From IMG/VR virus record IMGVR_UViG_3300028920_000001, positions 248,001 to 312,000 of that record: a stretch of DNA of 64,000 bases; one strand, given 5' to 3'. Shown here in pieces: positions 59,314 to 64,000 of this stretch (position 1 is its first letter; each line of letters starts with the position of its first letter). The position numbers and the translations under genes are program-made. A model generated the notes under the pieces. It saw nothing but the letters and a program-made list of their open reading frames with translations, was not told where the DNA came from and made no database searches.

Positions 59314-59559
59314 ATGATGGACTTTAATAGAATCGCTTCTCGAGTTGCTGCCAATACCAATCAATGGCTTTGGATTAGTGAGTCATGGGAAGGTGGTAGA
59401 ATAATTCAAGCTGCTGATGATGGGGCAGCTTATGAAATCGCTATTCAAAGTAGAATGGATGATTCAAATCAATCTCGGGAAGAAGCGGAAGAATGGTTTG
59501 AAAAGAATGATCAATTGGTTCCAATCCTAAATTTACCTCCATTAACTGGAGCTGAGTAA
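59314..59559 (+). CDS. Leader-array protein 4 (MDFNRIASRVAA)
   Basis: GGAGG SD; acidic. Confidence 0.75.
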   Translation: MMDFNRIASRVAANTNQWLWISESWEGGRIIQAADDGAAYEIAIQSRMDDSNQSREEAEEWFEKNDQLVPILNLPPLTGAE

Positions 59560-59912
59560 TGAATTTTTCTAAGATTGCTTCCCGAATTGCAGCTGATAAA
59601 TCTCAACATACTATTATGTTTGAATTTGCAGAGCCGGATGAAGAAACAATAGTCTATACTGCTGATTTATCAAATGAAGAATTAAATCAACTTAAACAAT
59701 TATTTACGGAGTTACAAGAAAAAGCTGGTGATAATTGGGGAGACACTTTAGCTGCTTGGTCAATTGATTCTGCTGATTCTGCTGAAGCTGTTGAGCATTT
59801 CACTAATTTTCCAGATTTATTAAATGATATCGCTTTAAATTCTCGTTATAATGAAACTGACACTCCTGGTGAATTTTATGGTGGTTCAATCGCTTTATTG
59901 GAAGGAAGATGA
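59559..59912 (+). CDS. Leader-array protein 5 (MNFSKIASRIAA)
   Basis: TAATG coupling. Confidence 0.75.
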   Translation: MNFSKIASRIAADKSQHTIMFEFAEPDEETIVYTADLSNEELNQLKQLFTELQEKAGDNWGDTLAAWSIDSADSAEAVEHFTNFPDLLNDIALNSRYNETDTPGEFYGGSIALLEGR

Positions 59913-60229
59913 TGAATTTTTCTAGAATCGCCTCCCGTATTGCTGCCACTGAAGATGAGATAACTCTCCTCAGTAAGCAAGATGTGATTAATCTAGTATC
60001 TCGGACTTTAGAAGTGGAGCCAGCCTCCATCGAATTTAAGACTTTTGAATTTACGGTTCATGGCGGTTCCTATGGCGGCCCAACTTCAATTGGGGCTCGA
60101 GGCGGTGGTGAAGTTGACGGCCGCGATTTTTATTTCTCAATTCAGGGTCATGTTTGGGCCGATAAAGAAGGCGTGAAATACGATCCGAATCCTGACAATA
60201 ATCCTATGGAAATTATGTGGGAGGATTGA
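59909..60229 (+). CDS. Leader-array protein 6 (MNFSRIASRIAA)
   Basis: ATGATG overlap with the previous stop. Confidence 0.75.
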   Translation: MMNFSRIASRIAATEDEITLLSKQDVINLVSRTLEVEPASIEFKTFEFTVHGGSYGGPTSIGARGGGEVDGRDFYFSIQGHVWADKEGVKYDPNPDNNPMEIMWED

Positions 60230-60591
60230 TGGACTTTAATAAAATTGCTTCCCGGATTGCTGCAAGGGAGGTAAATATCCAATATGATCTTGATTTTGAT
60301 TGGGATGAAGAGTTATCTTCTGCTCGTCAAAGTGGAACAGTTAGTATTTCTCTTGGTCCAACTGATGAAGAAATTATAGATTACTTAGAAAGTGATGAAG
60401 GTGATTCTATTTTGAATAATCTATCTTCTGATCCAAATGGATATGTTTCATTAGTTCCTCAGACTATCAATGGTCAGTCTGCTGATATTTCCGGTAATGA
60501 TTATTTATCATTCACTAGCAGGGCTATTATAAATTATCTTCAGTCTAATCCTGGAGTTCGGGAATTTAAAGTTACGGGTCTGATTGAGTAG
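60229..60591 (+). CDS. Leader-array protein 7 (MDFNKIASRIAA)
   Basis: TGATG coupling; start moved to 60229. Confidence 0.75.
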   Translation: MDFNKIASRIAAREVNIQYDLDFDWDEELSSARQSGTVSISLGPTDEEIIDYLESDEGDSILNNLSSDPNGYVSLVPQTINGQSADISGNDYLSFTSRAIINYLQSNPGVREFKVTGLIE

Positions 60592-60600
60592 CAAGCATGA

Positions 60601-61257
60601 TTAACGATATCGGCGCATAGTGATTCGGGCTGAAGGTTTATTTATTGCTACTTCTCCGTAAGTAAATTTACGATCTAAAAATTCTTTAAAAATTTCTTTC
60701 ATGCTATGATGTTTAAAGAAGGACATATCAAATCCTTCGCCTAATTTATACTGAACATGACCTACTTGGTTACCTAAGTATCCGGCGACTTCTACAAATC
60801 TATCCCCATCTTCTTTATAGGTGGTGAATTTCCAGCGGGGATACATGAAATTGTTGAATACTAACCGGGCGCCTGGAGGCATGATTGCCTCCATAGTGGC
60901 CGCCAATTTAGCCATATCCAAATAGCCAAGTGCTTGTCGAATGACGCAAAGTGAAGGTTTTGGGGATGGTGGGTAAATTTCAGGATTTTGAACATCTCCG
61001 GTAATACAAACTATTTCCGGATTTGGACAACGTGGATTGAGGTCGATTAGTACAGGCTGATGTTCAGCTCCTCTTTTCAGCGCTTCTAAAGCTACAACTC
61101 CAGTTCCACCACAGAGATCATATAGAACATCGGTTTTGGGATTGTAGCGACCAAAATCAAGTAGGGAGCCGGGATTTTTTAACCATCGGATATAAAGACG
61201 GTCATACTTGTCGGTGGTACATTTAAACATAGACATTATGAATGTGTCCGTTTTCAT
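60601..61257 (-). CDS. Class I SAM-dependent methyltransferase
   Basis: Motif I YDLCGGTG; LIDLN; GDV; RQALGYL..PPGARLVF. Confidence 0.75.
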   Translation of the reverse strand: MKTDTFIMSMFKCTTDKYDRLYIRWLKNPGSLLDFGRYNPKTDVLYDLCGGTGVVALEALKRGAEHQPVLIDLNPRCPNPEIVCITGDVQNPEIYPPSPKPSLCVIRQALGYLDMAKLAATMEAIMPPGARLVFNNFMYPRWKFTTYKEDGDRFVEVAGYLGNQVGHVQYKLGEGFDMSFFKHHSMKEIFKEFLDRKFTYGEVAINKPSARITMRRYR

Positions 61258-62287
61258 TCACGCCTGCTACAAATCCATGACTTTCAATATTGAAAGCAGG
61301 TTGTAGAATAGCGCGTTGACTATCACGCACAGTTCCAGGAGGGGCATATGGGAATTCTGGGACTCCTATATCTAAGAATTGATGTAAATGTACAACTCCA
61401 GGATACTTAGGATGTGCATCGAAAAATTGATGAAGCAATGGGGCATTCATTGTCGCTTTGACTCCATCCGTTTCGACTAATAATTTTTGATGGTTAACTC
61501 TCACCATCACACATTCTCGAACTCGAATATAGGGATGCTTGTGGCGGGGAGTCACTAGCATGGTTCCATCGTTACCACGTACAGCCAGACACCCGAATTG
61601 TTTGTCTTCACCAGCATAAGTGCTATGAAAACTATCACGATATCGGTCTAACAATTTCTGCATTAAGGGTTCGCATTGTGCGCGATAGGCAGCAAGCTTT
61701 AGATTTTGGACACTGTGATAATGCTTATCTTCAATAATCTGTCGGATTTCTTCATTCAGGGCTCTGAATTCATTATTATAATAGAGGACAGCTCCGTCAG
61801 GGAAACAGAGCATTTTCTTTTTTAAATTGGTTTTATCGTTAGCAACCACGGCGTGGCAGCGAGCTCGAGCCATGAGTTGTTGAGCTTTGACAATAGTATC
61901 TTCAGGTTGTTCTCGGGAAGTAAGTTTGCAACCGATGAGGGTAAGATTTGGATTTTGTTTCCTCATTTCATCGATAACATATGGGGCTCGAGTGAGAATA
62001 AGATTAATCTCATCGAGGTTGGTGGGCATCTTTCCTTCATAGGGATCGGTGCAGATATAGTTAATGACGGCCGCCGTCATCACAGCGGCATTTACTTTAG
62101 GAGCGGCTTCAATACAATAATCTCGATAGTGTTTATATTCTGAATTGATTACCATGGTAATGGAATGACCATGATTTTGAAGATGCTCTCCTAGGCGAGT
62201 AGCCCAGGTCCCTCGAGCATGATTGGTCAAGATCTTATTGTCGTCGATATGGGTATAAACGGGACCGCCAGTAATCAGAATATCCAT
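61223..62287 (-). CDS. CoaB/DFP-like ligase domain fused to class II aldolase-like domain
   Basis: ILITGGP..ID..LTNHARG, MTAAVINY, GKMP, LIGCKL, VVAND; then GCLAVR..LVTPR, H..F....VVHLH, HGFV. Confidence 0.7.
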   Translation of the reverse strand: MDILITGGPVYTHIDDNKILTNHARGTWATRLGEHLQNHGHSITMVINSEYKHYRDYCIEAAPKVNAAVMTAAVINYICTDPYEGKMPTNLDEINLILTRAPYVIDEMRKQNPNLTLIGCKLTSREQPEDTIVKAQQLMARARCHAVVANDKTNLKKKMLCFPDGAVLYYNNEFRALNEEIRQIIEDKHYHSVQNLKLAAYRAQCEPLMQKLLDRYRDSFHSTYAGEDKQFGCLAVRGNDGTMLVTPRHKHPYIRVRECVMVRVNHQKLLVETDGVKATMNAPLLHQFFDAHPKYPGVVHLHQFLDIGVPEFPYAPPGTVRDSQRAILQPAFNIESHGFVAGVNENGHIHNVYV

Positions 62288-62316
62288 ATTTAGATATACA
62301 ACGGATATCTAAATAT

Positions 62317-62877
62317 TTACGCGGCTTCCATTAAGGTTACTACTCTTTGAATTGAGTTCTGAAGCTCACCGGCTTTGCTAGCTGCTTCTTCCAAAGCTTT
62401 GACTATTTCCTTTCGGTTGTTACTTTTATCCCTTGGAAGTCTATATTCAAAAGGTTTTAGTTCGGGAGCTCGTTCCAGTTCTTGATGCTCATAAAGATGA
62501 GTAAGACGACGTCGAACGTTGTCTTTATCAATTTTATTCTTTGCTTTGAGTTTTTTACAAATTTCGATTGAGGATAATTGGGTGCTGGGTCCGAAGAGTC
62601 CCTTTATTTTGGTATCTAGATCTTGGCTACTTAGGCCAACTTGGCCGTTTTTATACCACCAATAACGACCTTTTCGATCTAAGTGTCCTTTATCTCTGGC
62701 ATACATTAGTGATCTTCGGGTTGAGTTAATGGAGAGGGGTCTTCCTTGACTGTTAATCCATTTTTGGCATTCTTCAGTGGTTTTTTTCTGGTCGTTGCCT
62801 AACAACTTCTTTAGCCAATGAACCAACATCATGGCGTCATTAATTAGTTGCTTAGTGGTACGGAGCTTATTGGCCAT
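62317..62877 (-). CDS. Probable winged-HTH DNA-binding protein
   Basis: AAGGAG SD; two wHTH-like segments (STRRSL..ARDKGHL; VRRRLTHLYEHQEL). Confidence 0.55.
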   Translation of the reverse strand: MANKLRTTKQLINDAMMLVHWLKKLLGNDQKKTTEECQKWINSQGRPLSINSTRRSLMYARDKGHLDRKGRYWWYKNGQVGLSSQDLDTKIKGLFGPSTQLSSIEICKKLKAKNKIDKDNVRRRLTHLYEHQELERAPELKPFEYRLPRDKSNNRKEIVKALEEAASKAGELQNSIQRVVTLMEAA

Positions 62878-63052
62878 TGTGATCTCCTTCAGGATACATT
62901 ACACTCTGGAGGATCGAGTTTGCTACTGAGGATCTCGGTTCTCTTGATGAGCTCGCTTCTCTTCATAACCTTACCGCTCTGAATCGGCGATTAAAACTCC
63001 AAAAGAGCGCCGCTATTCAGGACCATTGATTGAAACTGTAATTTAAATAATA

Positions 63053-63274
63053 ATGCAGATATTCAGCTTCACGATTGTTTTGGATGAAATTAATATTTCT
63101 GATGAGATGGCTAATGATCTATACGGTGGGGGGTGTGATGATGCTCTCTTAGCACGTCAAGGAGGAGAGGTTACCCTGGATTTTGATCGTGAAGCTGAAG
63201 ACGAGCAGTCAGCTATTGATTCGGCGATTGAGGATGTCCGCAAGGCAGGATATAAAGTCAGATTTGTTCGTTAG
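63053..63274 (+). CDS. Small ferredoxin/ACT-like hypothetical protein
   Basis: LYGGGCDDALL..VTLDFDREA..AI.SAI.DV..AG. Confidence 0.65.
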   Translation: MQIFSFTIVLDEINISDEMANDLYGGGCDDALLARQGGEVTLDFDREAEDEQSAIDSAIEDVRKAGYKVRFVR

Positions 63275-63326
63275 GCTTTCAATCTGACTTCACAATTAGG
63301 TTTCCAAGACCTCAAGGAGTTGATTC

Positions 63327-63512
63327 ATGGTTAAGCCTAGTGATGTTGCAAATCGTCTTCGTCAGATCGCAGCCGCGATTGATAATTCGAAATCTCCGAA
63401 ACGGGAACTAGTTGCTGAGGATTTGCAGGAAGTTCTTAGCGTTCTTGAGAATGCGGAGCCCCCGGCAGCAGAGCCCCCGGCAGCAGAGCCCCCGGCACCC
63501 CCGGCCGAATAA
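63327..63512 (+). CDS. Small protein with VANRLRQIAAA motif and EPPAA repeats
   Basis: AGGAG SD; 15-bp repeats. Confidence 0.7.
   Translation: MVKPSDVANRLRQIAAAIDNSKSPKRELVAEDLQEVLSVLENAEPPAAEPPAAEPPAPPAE
63456..63497 (+). repeat. Coding 15-bp tandem repeat
   Basis: gagcccccggcagca x2 plus a partial third copy. Confidence 0.9.
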
Positions 63513-63519
63513 GTCCTGC

Positions 63520-63843
63520 ATGGACTTGGCCAGGATTGCCAGGCGATTGGTCATCGCCAGGCAAATCGCGTATGGCGATGAAGGGACTGGTCTAACTTGG
63601 CAGGCGGATTTCCCTGCGACAACTCCTTGTGAGCACTGCGGGGCAGATGCTCGTCTTGCTTTCACCCTATTGGAAGAGGGTGAGGATGACGAATATATTT
63701 GTAATTTACATGATAATGATCACGAAGAAGGTGGGGAAGGTTTTTGGCTTCATGATGCCGGAGCTTTTGCCTTGTATATTTGTACTGATATAGATTGTGT
63801 AACTAAAACGGGTGGCACTACTACACTTTGGAATCAAGCCTGA
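63520..63843 (+). CDS. Leader-family protein (MDLARIARRLV) with Cys/His cluster
   Basis: Start moved to ATG 63520; CEHC..C..H..HD..C..C. Confidence 0.7.
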   Translation: MDLARIARRLVIARQIAYGDEGTGLTWQADFPATTPCEHCGADARLAFTLLEEGEDDEYICNLHDNDHEEGGEGFWLHDAGAFALYICTDIDCVTKTGGTTTLWNQA

Positions 63844-64000
63844 TGGATTTTATTAAGATGGCCGCTCGAATTTCAGGGTTAGCTCCTGAATGGTACTCGA
63901 GCGGACGTGAATTTTTAAATAATCAAACACCAATAGATTCTGGTAAAACTCCGGCTGAGGAAAAAGCTGGTACTTCTCTTCCCGGGGATAATCCTGAAGG
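63843..64000 (+). CDS. Leader-family protein (MDFIKMAARISG), 3'-partial
   Basis: TGATG coupling; runs off the window. Confidence 0.65.
   Translation, partial: MDFIKMAARISGLAPEWYSSGREFLNNQTPIDSGKTPAEEKAGTSLPGDNPE

Noticed and set aside
57949-60264. Repeated ~36-nt leader DNA as a CRISPR array or integron-like recombination sites
   Set aside because: Copies differ mainly at synonymous positions, are not palindromic, and are separated by whole ORFs; no cas or integrase gene is visible.
62979-63020. Imperfect hairpin as an ncRNA
   Set aside because: Short, bulged stem with no other support.
1-64000. Stop-codon reassignment, tRNA or rRNA genes
   Set aside because: Standard-code ORFs tile densely and all three stops are used; no cloverleaf or rRNA was recognised by eye. 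A tRNA scan was not run.

Overview
This window is a 64-kb piece of a large (probably jumbo) tailed dsDNA phage genome, AT-rich and read in the standard code. Layout: (1) ~1-10 kb, accessory and nucleotide-metabolism genes on both strands: endolysin, HhH-GPD glycosylase, tandem ThyX, and an adenylosuccinate-synthetase homologue with PurZ (2-aminoadenine pathway) signature residues. (2) ~10-36.8 kb, transcription and replication, mostly + strand: three sigma-70-derived proteins, a bacterial-type clamp loader (HolA/HolB/DnaX), a probable beta clamp, class II RNR, an NAD-dependent ligase split into two divergent genes, RecD2, SbcD and a half SbcC, primase core, NusG, 5'-3' exonuclease, and an endonuclease-Mom fusion. 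(3) ~36.8-57.4 kb, head morphogenesis: terminase, portal, intein-containing prohead protease, scaffold, decoration protein and major capsid protein. (4) ~57.4-64 kb, an array of unrelated acidic ORFs sharing one N-terminal peptide, M-[ND]-[LF]-x-[KR]-I-A-S-R-I-A-A, plus a CoaB-aldolase/methyltransferase pair. The strongest leads are two apparent peptide address tags (this N-terminal leader and a C-terminal I-M-E-S motif), PurZ next to a Pol III-type replisome, the split ligase, unusual sigma factors, and widespread leaderless promoters. All calls come from reading motifs by eye; no searches were run. I saw no CRISPR array, tRNA or rRNA.
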